Source: Thermoleophilaceae bacterium (lineage in GTDB: Bacteria > Actinomycetota > Thermoleophilia > Solirubrobacterales > Thermoleophilaceae). From it: DNA of 64,000 nt. The notes below the pieces were generated by a model, which saw only the letters and a list, made by a program, of their open reading frames with translations, was not told the origin of the DNA and did no database searches. Numbering within the stretch: position 1 is the stretch's first letter; each line of letters opens with the position of its first letter. Shown piece after piece: positions 1 through 8,818 of the stretch. Made by a program: the position numbers and the translations under genes. Where the stretch lies: positions 2,137 to 66,136 of the forward strand of contig JACVRW010000004.1 of the NCBI GenBank assembly GCA_014534235.1, written 5' to 3'.

Positions 1-359
1 AGCCAGTGAGCGGTGACCTCCAGCAGCCGCTCCGCGTCCGCGATCGCCTCTCGTGCCTCGTGCGCGCGAGCGTGCGCCAGCGCGTGGTCCACATCGTTGC
101 GGTCCTCGAGCAGCTTGCGCAGGATGCGTCCGACCTTGTGGTCGAGACCGCCCTCGCGCACGACCCGACGACCGAAGGCGGACACCACGGCGGTACGCGT
201 GGCCGGCGTCTCACCGAGCTCCTGGAGCGCCGCGGTCGCGGCCTGGAAGCCGGCCATGAACGCGTGCGACACGGCCTGCGAGGGAAAGCCCGCCTCGACG
301 AGCGCGTGGGCCGCGCGCACCTCCTCACGGGCACGCTGCAGCGCCCGCGCTGCCGTCAC
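1..359 (-). CDS. HEPN-domain protein, putative toxin of a HEPN/MNT-type pair (N-terminal ~119 codons only; the gene runs off the window edge)
   Basis: Absent from the ORF track because it leaves the window. My own minus-strand translation from GTG at 359 reads VTAARALQRAREEVRAAHALVEAGFPSQAVSHAFMAGFQAATAALQELGETPATRTAVVSAFGRRVVREGGLDHKVGRILRKLLEDRNDVDHALAHARAHEAREAIADAERLLEVTAHW.., with no stop down to nt 1. It has a helical HEPN-like layout and an R-x4-H motif (RNDVDH, nt ~84-101). GTGA start/stop overlap with the upstream NTase-like gene. Confidence 0.6.
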   Translation of the reverse strand, partial: MTAARALQRAREEVRAAHALVEAGFPSQAVSHAFMAGFQAATAALQELGETPATRTAVVSAFGRRVVREGGLDHKVGRILRKLLEDRNDVDHALAHARAHEAREAIADAERLLEVTAHW

Positions 360-1147
360 CCGATCGGCACCCCCTCGGAGAGCGCGCGTGACACAACGGG
401 CGTGACAGGGCGGTCGAGCTCCGCCTGCGTGACCGGCACCGCGGTGACGACGATGTCGTTTCGGATCGAGTGTCGCCACATCACCTTGTCCATGCGCCGC
501 CTCTCCTCCCAGCGGTCTGGGACGCTCTCGAGCACCACGACCAGCTCGAGCGCGGCCTCCGGGTGTGCGTCGCCATGCGCCCACGGTCCTACCAGCAGCA
601 CGCCCCTGAGCCGCCCGCGGTAGACGCGTTTGAGGTCGTGTGCGACGCGATGGGCCACGCCCTCGGCGTCGAGCAGGCCCGGCACGTCCGGCAGTTTTGG
701 CTCGGGACGTCTGGCGATGGCGTCCACGGCCGCCTCGGGGTCGACCAGCTCGCGCTCGAGCAGCCACTCGATCGCCCTGCGCTCACCTCGGGCGTCGTGG
801 TATTCGAACCAGGCCCGGCGCAGCTCGGGATAGTCGAGCAGGGCGTCCTTGAAGCGCCGAAATGCACCGCGCCCGGCGATGGCTCGTTCCAGGAGGTCGC
901 GCGTGCGCGGCTCGCGCACGCACGAGACGAAGTCCTCCATGTCCCCGTAGCCGATCGCCGGCGGAAGCGGCTCGACGAGAATTAGCCGGCGGCCGTCGCT
1001 GTCGACGTACCCGGCGGTGTCGGGGTCGCCCGTGAAGTGCGGTTCCACCGTTCCGGTGGCCGCGTCGAGCCACCAGCTGTGCTCTTCGGAATGATCCTCG
1101 AGGGCCAGCGCGAGATCGGCCAGATCCACCTGCTCGGGATCGAGCAT
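356..1147 (-). CDS. UPF0158-like domain fused to a minimal nucleotidyltransferase (MNT-like) domain; putative antitoxin partner of the HEPN gene
   Basis: ORF 356..1153. I prefer the ATG at 1147 (AAGGGAG 6 nt upstream; 1153 is TTG). The N-terminal half carries a UPF0158-type signature (RAIAGRGAFRRFKDALLDYPELRRAWFEYH). The C-terminal ~100 aa resembles an NTase fold (LLVGPWAHGDAHPEAALELVVVL), but the usual G[ST] and DxD residues are substituted. Confidence 0.65.
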   Translation of the reverse strand: MLDPEQVDLADLALALEDHSEEHSWWLDAATGTVEPHFTGDPDTAGYVDSDGRRLILVEPLPPAIGYGDMEDFVSCVREPRTRDLLERAIAGRGAFRRFKDALLDYPELRRAWFEYHDARGERRAIEWLLERELVDPEAAVDAIARRPEPKLPDVPGLLDAEGVAHRVAHDLKRVYRGRLRGVLLVGPWAHGDAHPEAALELVVVLESVPDRWEERRRMDKVMWRHSIRNDIVVTAVPVTQAELDRPVTPVVSRALSEGVPIG

Positions 1148-1214
1148 CGTCAACTCCCTTCATCCGCTCGACCTGGTCGGATCGTACCCTGCAGCTCGGA
1201 CGCTCGATGTCCGT

Positions 1215-1928
1215 CTACTCGGCGGGCTCGACGCCCTCCGGCAGCCGGCCCTCCTCGCGCAGCTTCTCGAGGTGCGCAATGAGCGTCAGCGACGCGGCGG
1301 GCCGGAGGTTCGGTGGCGTGTCCGACCAGGCCGCATCGAGCAGTTGGTCGGGATCGCGCAGACCGGCGTCGAGAGCCGCGAGCAGGCGGCGCTCGCGATC
1401 GAGCCGATGCGCGATGTAATCGTCCAGCTTCGCCTTCGGGTCCCAGACGTAGGGACCGTGCCCGGGGCAGATCACGTCGAGGTCGAGGGCGCGTAGCCGC
1501 CGCAGCGAGTCCAGGTAGGCGGAGAGCGACCCCTCGCCCGGAGCGATGAAGACGCTCCCTGTGCCGAGGACCGTGTCCCCCGTAAAGCACGCGCCGCTCG
1601 CTATCAGGCAGACGCTGTCGGGCGAATGCCCAGGCGTGCCGACGACGCGGAAGGGGCCAACCACCTGCCCGTCGCGAGGAAGGAAGACCGGCGCGCCGAG
1701 GGTCGCCGCTCCCTCCGCGTGGTCGGGGTGGGAATGCGTGAGCATGACGCCCTCGATCCGGTCGCGCGCCGCCGCGCGCACGGCCTCGAGGTGCTCGGAT
1801 TGGGCGGGGCCCGGGTCCACGACCCAGTGCCCCACGACGTAGGTGTTGGTCCCGTCCAGCGTCAGCGGGGACGGGTTGGCCGCGCGGACGCGTAAGACGC
1901 CGGGAGGGCTGCGGTCGGAGTGCTGCAT
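1215..1928 (-). CDS. MBL-fold metallo-hydrolase
   Basis: 237 aa. HxHxDH motif (THSHPDHAEG), plus later GHSPD and PGHG metal-ligand motifs. Confidence 0.85.
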   Translation of the reverse strand: MQHSDRSPPGVLRVRAANPSPLTLDGTNTYVVGHWVVDPGPAQSEHLEAVRAAARDRIEGVMLTHSHPDHAEGAATLGAPVFLPRDGQVVGPFRVVGTPGHSPDSVCLIASGACFTGDTVLGTGSVFIAPGEGSLSAYLDSLRRLRALDLDVICPGHGPYVWDPKAKLDDYIAHRLDRERRLLAALDAGLRDPDQLLDAAWSDTPPNLRPAASLTLIAHLEKLREEGRLPEGVEPAE

Positions 1929-2196
1929 CGGATGCGGGGGCGTTCGAATGTCTCGAAGTTATCGGCGCAGGTCTCTCGCCCGGCCCCGTCCTCCGGCGGG
2001 TGACACACGGTCCGCCGCAGACGCAACCGGCTCCCCACCGGAGCAGCCGCTCGCCGTCCGAATGTTGGGCTAGCCTGCGATTTGGGTACATCACCGTCGG
2101 GTTTGTCGTTCCTTCGGATCCCGAGGGGAGAGCACGATCACGTCCAAGCCTCGCACCCTGGCGCCGGGCGCCGCCCGGGCCGGACAATCCGCATCG

Positions 2197-2610
2197 GTGA
2201 AGGGATCGGGTCGGCAGCGTCGCGAGGCGGGTCGCGGTGTCGGTGAGAACCTCACGTTGCGGCTTCCCGGCGGTCCGGACGCGGCGGCTCGTGCGAGGGG
2301 TGAGCTCTCCCGCCTGCGCTCGGACCTCGACCCGCCGCTGACCGAGAACCTCCGGCTACTCGTCACGGAGCTGATCTCGAACGCGGTGAAGCACGCCGGC
2401 GCGAGGACCATGTCGCTGAAGGTCGTCGTGGCCCGGAAGGCGGTGTTCGCCGAGGTGACGGACGACGGTCCCGGGTTCGACCGGCCCCGGACCGCGGCGC
2501 CGCATGCGAACCACTTTGGGCTGTTCCTCGTCGAGCGGCTGGCGGACCGCTGGGGCGTCGTGCGCGACGGCAGGGTCACGAAGGTTTGGTTCGAGCTGCG
2601 CCGGGCGTGA
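2197..2610 (+). CDS. RsbW/SpoIIAB-like histidine-kinase-type ATPase (anti-sigma regulatory factor family), orphan
   Basis: 137 aa. N-box LLVTELISNAVKHAG, G-boxes VTDDGPGF and HFGLFLVERLADRWG. GTG start without a clear SD. No STAS or sigma gene nearby. Confidence 0.7.
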   Translation: MKGSGRQRREAGRGVGENLTLRLPGGPDAAARARGELSRLRSDLDPPLTENLRLLVTELISNAVKHAGARTMSLKVVVARKAVFAEVTDDGPGFDRPRTAAPHANHFGLFLVERLADRWGVVRDGRVTKVWFELRRA

Positions 2611-2633
2611 CGACGACCGCCGCCGGCTGCGTC

Positions 2634-3377
2634 CTAGGCGTTCCGAGCCCGGGCGGCGGCCGCCGCCGGGGAGCCGTGCCAGGGCGCTCCATGTCCGGGC
2701 AGGAGCACTCCCGCCTGCAGCCGCTCGATCGCGGCGAGAGATTCCCGGGCCTGGGCGGTGCTCACATTCATCGGCTTCGGCATCAGTTGCGGCCCCAGGG
2801 CGCCGGTGAGGGGGTTCTCCGTGCAGAGGGCGTCCCCGACGAACAGCGCCCGGGCGGCGCCGAAAAGCAGCACGCACTGGCCGTCGGTGTGGCCAGGCGT
2901 ATGGACGGCGCGCGGCCGGCCGGGCACGTCGAGCTCTTCCCCGTCCTCGAAGGTGTCGGCGTCCTCAACCTTTGGCGGCTTGGTTCCGCCGGCGCGCGCC
3001 ATGTGCCCCATGAACCTCCAGAAGCGCGGCCGCCAGGCCATCTGAGGCAGCGCCCGGGGCGGCGACGCGTCACCCTTCTTGGGGCCCGGGTGGCGAAGCG
3101 TCTCGGCGTCGGCGGAGTGGATCAGCACACGGGCGCCGGCGTCTCGGAGCGCCGCCGCCACCCCGGTGTGGTCGGAGTCGGAGTGGGTCAGCACAACCGC
3201 GTCCACGTCTCCCGGGGAGTGGCCGATCGCGCGCAGGTCCGCCTCCAGCGTCTCGGCGAACTTCGGCAGGCCGGCGTCGACCGCCGTGAGCCCGCCGCCC
3301 TCCTCGACCAAGTACCAGTTGACGACCTCGCTGCCGAGCCCGTACACGCCGTTCGCGAGCTCGATCGGCCCGTTCAC
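2634..3377 (-). CDS. MBL-fold metallo-hydrolase
   Basis: 247 aa. Motifs VVLTHSDSDHTG and HTPGHT. The GTG start overlaps the stop of the upstream DUF72 gene (GTGA). Confidence 0.85.
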   Translation of the reverse strand: MNGPIELANGVYGLGSEVVNWYLVEEGGGLTAVDAGLPKFAETLEADLRAIGHSPGDVDAVVLTHSDSDHTGVAAALRDAGARVLIHSADAETLRHPGPKKGDASPPRALPQMAWRPRFWRFMGHMARAGGTKPPKVEDADTFEDGEELDVPGRPRAVHTPGHTDGQCVLLFGAARALFVGDALCTENPLTGALGPQLMPKPMNVSTAQARESLAAIERLQAGVLLPGHGAPWHGSPAAAAARARNA

Positions 3378-4285
3378 GCCAGGTTCAGCTGCTCCTCACC
3401 GGGAGGTGTCTGCCCAAGGAGGGTGCGGAAGCGCTGGGCCGCCGTTGGTGCGTCGTCGCCGCGGTTGTTGTTGAACGCGACGTGGACCTCCCCTGCCTGC
3501 TCGGCCAGCGACCCGACCCGCTCAGCGATCTCCTCGAGCTCCTCGTCGGAGTACCGCCACCCGAACCGCTCGGCGACGGACCGGCCCTTCAGATAGCCGT
3601 CGGTGTTACGGCCGTGGGCGCGGAGATAGGCGAGCCTATCGTTCGTCACCGCGTCGAGGGGCGGCATGATCGGGATGTGGTCTCCCGGGGGAGCGTCGAC
3701 GCAGACGAACGTCACCCCGCGGTCCGCGAACCACCCGAGGGTGGCCTCAAGGCGCTTCTCGCGAACCCAGCCTCGGTGGCGCAGCTCGATCGCAAGGCCG
3801 TGGGGCCCGAAGATCTCGACCAGGGAGTCCAGCTCCTCGAGCTCGTGGTTGCGGGGCGCGAAGGCGGGCGTGAGCTGGACCAGGTACGCCCCGAGCTTGC
3901 CGGCCTCGGCCAGGGGAGCCGTCTCCTCGACGAGGCGCTTCGCCAGCGCCGATTCGAGCTCCGCGGTGAGGCGGATGCGGCCGCGCTCCGTCGTCTTTAC
4001 GCCGTCCCGTAGGTCCTCCGGGAGCGAGTCGAGCGACGCGGCATGCCGGGAGAGCGTGCGGTGGACCTTGACGTCGAAGACGAAGTCGTCCGGCGTGTCG
4101 TCAACCCACTTGTGCACGGTCGAGCGGTCCGGCACCGCGTAGAAGCTCGCGTTGAGCTCGACGGTCTCGAAGCGCTCCGCGTACCAGGGCAGGCGCTCCC
4201 TTGCCGCGAGCTTGGGCGGATACCACTCCTTTACGAAGCCGGGATCCGCCCAGCTCGAGGTTCCAACGAGGAGGCGTCCGCTCAT
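3374..4285 (-). CDS. DUF72 (YecE-like) family protein
   Basis: C-terminal 303 aa of ORF 3374..4360, starting at ATG 4285 (MSGRLLVGTSSWADPGFVKEWYPPK..). This is a typical DUF72 N-terminus. The 25 upstream codons are Arg-rich and unlikely to be coding. Confidence 0.85.
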   Translation of the reverse strand: MSGRLLVGTSSWADPGFVKEWYPPKLAARERLPWYAERFETVELNASFYAVPDRSTVHKWVDDTPDDFVFDVKVHRTLSRHAASLDSLPEDLRDGVKTTERGRIRLTAELESALAKRLVEETAPLAEAGKLGAYLVQLTPAFAPRNHELEELDSLVEIFGPHGLAIELRHRGWVREKRLEATLGWFADRGVTFVCVDAPPGDHIPIMPPLDAVTNDRLAYLRAHGRNTDGYLKGRSVAERFGWRYSDEELEEIAERVGSLAEQAGEVHVAFNNNRGDDAPTAAQRFRTLLGQTPPGEEQLNLA

Positions 4286-4308
4286 GTCACTCAGAGTATG
4301 GTGCGCGC

Positions 4309-5307
4309 GTGGGCCAGCCCGAACTCGCCTGGAAGCTCGACCGGATCTCGCCGCGGGCATACCAGCACCCCGCCGACCGCGCCGCCACCGCCGCGCTTGC
4401 GCAGGTTCCCTACCTCGACGAGGTCGTGCGCAAGCTTTTCGCGCTTGGCTACGAGCGGGCGCTGCGGGCGGCCACGCTCGGATCCGCCGTTCGGCTCGGT
4501 CAGGAGCAGCTGCCCGGGATCTGGGTCCTCCACCGGCAGGTGTTCAACACTCTCGACATCGAGAAGGTCCCCGACCTCTACCTCACTCATTTCCCGTTCG
4601 CGAACGCCTTCACGGTCGGGACGGACAAGCCGATCGTGGTGCTCAACTCCGAGATCATTCGCATCCTCGATGACGAGGGTCGCCGGGTAGTGGTGGCGCA
4701 CGAAGCTGCGCACATCCAGTCGGACCACGTGCTCTACCGAACGGCGCTGCTGATCCTGGTGAGGCTCGGCCAGAGCGTGCGGCTGCCGCTCCTGGCCGGC
4801 CTACCGCTGCTCGCCATCCAGCTGGCGCTCTTGGAGTGGGTGCGCGCCGCCGAACTCTCCTGCGACCGCGCGGCGGCGCTCGTCACCCGCGACCCGCAGG
4901 CGGTGTGCCGGGCCCTGATGGTGATAGCCGCGGGCGAGGCGGCCGAGGACCTGAACCTCGACGCCTTCATCGCGCAGGGCATGGATTACTCGGAGCGCGG
5001 CACCGGGCTCGAGCGGCTGACCAGGCTGCTCCAGCAGCTGCAGATCACCCATCCAATGCCGGTGCGTCGGGTGCGCCTGTTGCTCGACTGGGTCCGCGAG
5101 GGCGGGTACGACCGCATGGTCCGCGGCGACTACCTGCGCCGGGGCGAAGAGCCCACGCCGCGGGAGGAGGCGGACGCCGCCGGCGTGTTCTACGCCGATC
5201 GGATCGGCGGGGCCATTCAGGCGGCCGGCTCCTCGGTCGCGGAGGTGGGCCAGCAGCTCGGCGACTGGCTGCGGCGGACGCGCGGGGCGGACAAGGACTC
5301 CGATTAG
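4309..5307 (+). CDS. M48-family zinc metallopeptidase
   Basis: ORF 4201..5307 with an HExxH motif (VAHEAAHIQSDH). I set the start at the in-frame GTG 4309 to avoid overlapping the divergent DUF72 gene. The start is uncertain. Confidence 0.8.
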   Translation: MGQPELAWKLDRISPRAYQHPADRAATAALAQVPYLDEVVRKLFALGYERALRAATLGSAVRLGQEQLPGIWVLHRQVFNTLDIEKVPDLYLTHFPFANAFTVGTDKPIVVLNSEIIRILDDEGRRVVVAHEAAHIQSDHVLYRTALLILVRLGQSVRLPLLAGLPLLAIQLALLEWVRAAELSCDRAAALVTRDPQAVCRALMVIAAGEAAEDLNLDAFIAQGMDYSERGTGLERLTRLLQQLQITHPMPVRRVRLLLDWVREGGYDRMVRGDYLRRGEEPTPREEADAAGVFYADRIGGAIQAAGSSVAEVGQQLGDWLRRTRGADKDSD

Positions 5308-5379
5308 GCTCGGCGGCCGCGGCGGCGCGCGAGCATGCCCGGGTGACGACGCAGGGCTAAGCGGAGCACGGCATCCACG

Positions 5380-8300
5380 TTACCGGCCCCTCCGGCCGAA
5401 GCTGTGCGCCGCCGGCGCCACGGCGCGGAGGTCGGCCTGCTCGCCAGCGGGCACGCCCTCCCCGGCCTGGCTGCTCCACGTACGGCGCGGCTCGATGTGC
5501 TTCACCTTCGCCCTCGGCAGGTCGGGGCGCTCGAGCGGTTCGATCCGGTCGACCACCACGTTGATGGTGCCCTCGCGGTGCTCGAGCCGGCCGGTCGCGA
5601 GCACGAGCGGCTCCGCCCGCACCGCGAGGCGGAAGCGCTCGTGGATCGGCGGCGGGACGATCAGGTTGACGGTTCCGTGCTCGTCCTCGAGCAACATGAA
5701 CGTCACCCCATTGGCGGTGGCCGGACGCTGCCGGGCCACCACCAGACCCGCCACCCGCACCCGGCGGCCGTGCGGATGGCGTTCGAGGTCCTCGCTCGTG
5801 CGGAGGTCCGGCGGCAGGGTGGGCCGCATCAGCTCCAGCGGATGCTCGCGCAGCGTGACGCCCGTGGAGCCATAGTCGGCCAGCATCCGCTCCCAAGCCG
5901 TGAGCGCCCGCAGCTCCGGACCCGCATGGGGCTCAAGCGGCAGAGCGAGCTGGGTTCCCTCTGGCACCGCCGTGCCGGGCACCGCCACGCCCAACAGCCA
6001 GAGCGCCCGCCGGCGCCGTGCCTCCTCGGGTCCGCCGACGAGCCCATCGCACGCCCCCGCCCAAGCCAGTCGCCCAAGCGTCTCCGCCGAGGCGCCGGAG
6101 CGACCGGCGAGATCACCCAACGAGCGCCAGGGACCGCCCCCCTCCCGCTCTGCAACGAGCGCCCGCACCTCCGCCTCGCGCACCCCGTTGACGTAGCCAA
6201 GCCCCAGCCGCACTCCGCCGTTCTCGGTCAGGCACTGAGCGGCGCTGCGTACCACGCACGGCGGCAGGACCTCGACCCCCCGTCTTTGGGCCTCGTGCAC
6301 CAGCGTGTCCGGAGGGTAGAAGCCCATTGGCTGCTCGTTCAGAAGCGAGCACAGGAACTCCGCGGAGTAGTGAACGCGCAGCCAGGTCGACTGGTAGGCC
6401 AAGAGGCCAAAGGCTGCCGAGTGAGCCTTCGGAAACCCAAAGCCGGAGAAGCCGACGATCTGCGTCCACATGCGCTCGGCCGTCGCACGCTCCGCGCCGC
6501 GCTCGACCGCGCCGGCGATGAACTTCTGCTCGTAGGCACGGATCGCCGCCTCGGAGCGCTTGCGACTCATGGCGCGCCGCAGCCCCTCCGCCTCACCCGC
6601 ACTGAAGCCGGCGAACGCCATAGCGACCTCGAGCACCTGGTCCTGGAAGACGATCGTGCCGAGCGTGTCGCGCAGCACGGGCTCGAGCGAGGGGTGCTCG
6701 TATGGGACCTCGAAGGTCGGATCCTCCCGCAGCGCCGTTCGCCGCTCGATGTAAGGGTGAACCGCGCCACCGATGATCGGTCCCGGCCGCACGAGCGCTA
6801 CCTGCACGGTGAGGTCGTCGAGGGTCTCGGGCCGGGTCCGCTTCAGCATCTGCATCTGCGCGCGCGACTCGATCTGGAACACGCCCATCGTCTCCGCCCC
6901 CTGGATGTGCTCGTAAACCTCCTTGTCGTCGTATGGGATGCGGGAGAGATCGACCCGCTCACGGCGGACGCGCGCGATCTCGTCCACGCAGCGCTCGACG
7001 GCGGAGAGCATTCCCAAGCCGAGCAGGTCGATCTTGAGGAAGCCGGCGTCGCCGCATGAGTCCTTATCCCACTGGACCATCTGACGCCCCTCCATGGACG
7101 CGGGCTGCACCGGGCAGAGGTCGATGAGGGGCTGTGTCGAGATCACCATGCCGCCTGGGTGCTGCGACTGGTGGCGGGGGAGCCCCCACGCGTCGCGGGC
7201 GAGCTTGACCAGCGCATCCCAGCGAGGGGAGCGGGGGCGGCGGCCGTTGGCCGCGGGGACGTCGCCCTCGATGTCGTTGCGCTCCTTCCACGGATCCACC
7301 GCGCGCGCCAGGCGCTCGATCTCCCCGGGCGGCAGGCCGAGCGCCTTGGCGAAGTCGCGCACCGCGGAGCGCACCTGGAACGTTACGAACGCCGCCACCA
7401 GCGCGCAGCGCTCGCGCCCGTAGCGGTCGTGCACGCGCGGGATCAGGACGTCGCGGATGTCGCGCGGGAAGTCGAGGTCGATGTCCGGCAGCGCGTTCAG
7501 CTCCTCGTTCAGGAAGCGGCCGAGAAGGAGCTCGTTCTCGATCGGGTCGATGTGCGAGAGGCCGGTTAGGTAGCAGACGATCGAGGACACGCTCGACCCG
7601 CGACCCCGACCGGGCGGCAAGAGCCGCCGGGCGGAGTCCGGCCCGCGCACCTCCGCCGCGACGTCGCGGGCCAGCTCGAGCATGTCCCGGTGGAGGAGAA
7701 AGAAGCCGGACAGGCCCAGGTGGCGGATCACCCGCAGCTCCTCCTCGAGCCGTGACGCCGGTTCAGGTCGTTCCCCGTAGCGCTCGCGTAACCGTTCCCA
7801 GCAGACCTCGGCTAGGCGACGATCGGCGTCCGGAGCCTCGGAGCCCGGGTAGCGGTAGCCGAGGTCCTCGGTGAGGTCGAAGCGAAGGCGCTCGGCCAGT
7901 CGGCCACTCTCCTCCACAGCGTCGGGATGCTCCCGAAAGCGCTCCGCCATCCGCTCCGGAGGAGCAAGGACGTGCGACGAGTTCCCTCGCCGCCGAGGCT
8001 CCGTCTCGTCGAGCGTCGCGCCCAGGCGCACGGCGACCATCGCGTCTTGAAGCGCGATGCGGTCACGCTCGTGTACGTGCACGTTGCCGGTGGCCACGCA
8101 CGGCACCCCCAGACGGTCGGCCAGCTCGCAGAGCAGGCGATTGCGGCGGCGGTCGTGACGCCAGTACGGACGCTGGAGCTCGATTCGGAAGTGGTCGGGA
8201 CCGAACGCCCGAAGCAGGCGCCGGGCGACCGTCGCCGCGCCGGCATGGTCTCCCGCCTCAACGCGCGAGGCGACGGCGCCATCACGGGCGCAGCCCGAAA

Positions 8301-8736
8301 GGCAGACCAGTCCCTCGGCGTGGTGCTCGAGGTCCCCGAGCGTGATGGAGGGGTCGCGGTCGAGCGGATCCTGACCGGGCCGCCGACCCTCCTTGATTTG
8401 CACGACCGGCTCCGACCAGCCTTCCCGCGCCCAGCGTCGCGTGTGCCAGTGCGCGGCCGTGATCAGCCGGCATAGGTTCGTGTAGCCCTGACGCGTCTCG
8501 CACAACAGCGTGAGATGGGTGCCGTCGTCGAGCGTGAGCTCGGCGCCGGTGATCGGGCGTACCCCAAGCGGCTTCAGGGCCTGCGCCATCTCCATGGCAC
8601 CGTGCAGACCGTCGTGGTCGGTCAACGCCAGCGCGGAGTGACCCCGCTCGGCGGCGGCGCCGGCCAGCTCGACCGGGTGTGACGCCCCATCGAGGAACGA
8701 ATAGGCCGAGTGACAGTGGAGCTCTACGTAGGGCAC
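5380..8736 (-). CDS. dnaE2: Error-prone DNA polymerase III alpha-like subunit DnaE2 (ImuC)
   Basis: ORF 5380..9090, but recognisable sequence starts at GTG 8736 (VPYVELHCHSAYSFLDGASHPVEL, a PHP-domain N-terminus), followed by the pol III alpha core. Its size (~1118 aa), the neighbouring imuB and the SOS box fit DnaE2 rather than replicative DnaE1. Confidence 0.9.
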   Translation of the reverse strand: MPYVELHCHSAYSFLDGASHPVELAGAAAERGHSALALTDHDGLHGAMEMAQALKPLGVRPITGAELTLDDGTHLTLLCETRQGYTNLCRLITAAHWHTRRWAREGWSEPVVQIKEGRRPGQDPLDRDPSITLGDLEHHAEGLVCLSGCARDGAVASRVEAGDHAGAATVARRLLRAFGPDHFRIELQRPYWRHDRRRNRLLCELADRLGVPCVATGNVHVHERDRIALQDAMVAVRLGATLDETEPRRRGNSSHVLAPPERMAERFREHPDAVEESGRLAERLRFDLTEDLGYRYPGSEAPDADRRLAEVCWERLRERYGERPEPASRLEEELRVIRHLGLSGFFLLHRDMLELARDVAAEVRGPDSARRLLPPGRGRGSSVSSIVCYLTGLSHIDPIENELLLGRFLNEELNALPDIDLDFPRDIRDVLIPRVHDRYGRERCALVAAFVTFQVRSAVRDFAKALGLPPGEIERLARAVDPWKERNDIEGDVPAANGRRPRSPRWDALVKLARDAWGLPRHQSQHPGGMVISTQPLIDLCPVQPASMEGRQMVQWDKDSCGDAGFLKIDLLGLGMLSAVERCVDEIARVRRERVDLSRIPYDDKEVYEHIQGAETMGVFQIESRAQMQMLKRTRPETLDDLTVQVALVRPGPIIGGAVHPYIERRTALREDPTFEVPYEHPSLEPVLRDTLGTIVFQDQVLEVAMAFAGFSAGEAEGLRRAMSRKRSEAAIRAYEQKFIAGAVERGAERATAERMWTQIVGFSGFGFPKAHSAAFGLLAYQSTWLRVHYSAEFLCSLLNEQPMGFYPPDTLVHEAQRRGVEVLPPCVVRSAAQCLTENGGVRLGLGYVNGVREAEVRALVAEREGGGPWRSLGDLAGRSGASAETLGRLAWAGACDGLVGGPEEARRRRALWLLGVAVPGTAVPEGTQLALPLEPHAGPELRALTAWERMLADYGSTGVTLREHPLELMRPTLPPDLRTSEDLERHPHGRRVRVAGLVVARQRPATANGVTFMLLEDEHGTVNLIVPPPIHERFRLAVRAEPLVLATGRLEHREGTINVVVDRIEPLERPDLPRAKVKHIEPRRTWSSQAGEGVPAGEQADLRAVAPAAHSFGRRGR

Positions 8737-8752
8737 TCGAACGCATGTTCGC
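8737..8752 (-). promoter_or_regulatory. LexA (Cheo-type SOS) box immediately upstream of the dnaE2 start codon
   Basis: The plus strand reads TCGAACGCATGTTCGC, a perfect GAAC-N4-GTTC core (8739-8750). It begins 1 nt from the GTG at 8736. Confidence 0.6.
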
Positions 8753-8818
8753 AGACGCGTCTGATGGATAGATGGCGCTCCGTCCAAAGCTCGTCGATCC
8801 GGCCGGCAAACCCCGGAC

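Noticed and set aside
1150-2187. 345-aa minus-strand ORF, and similar ones (43541..44743, 11121..12362, 18143..19111, 17574..18464, 49319..50935)
   Set aside because: All overlap better-supported genes in another frame. One of them overlaps the tRNA. All are Arg/Pro/Gly/Ala low-complexity sequence without motifs.
2197-2610. Orphan RsbW-like ATPase as part of a partner-switching module in this window
   Set aside because: No STAS-domain or sigma-factor gene lies adjacent; its neighbours are MBL hydrolases. The sigma/anti-sigma pair at 36.9-38.0 kb is 34 kb away, so no link can be argued from this sequence.
5404-7059. 551-aa plus-strand ORF
   Set aside because: Antisense to dnaE2. No domain signature. 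Shadow ORF.
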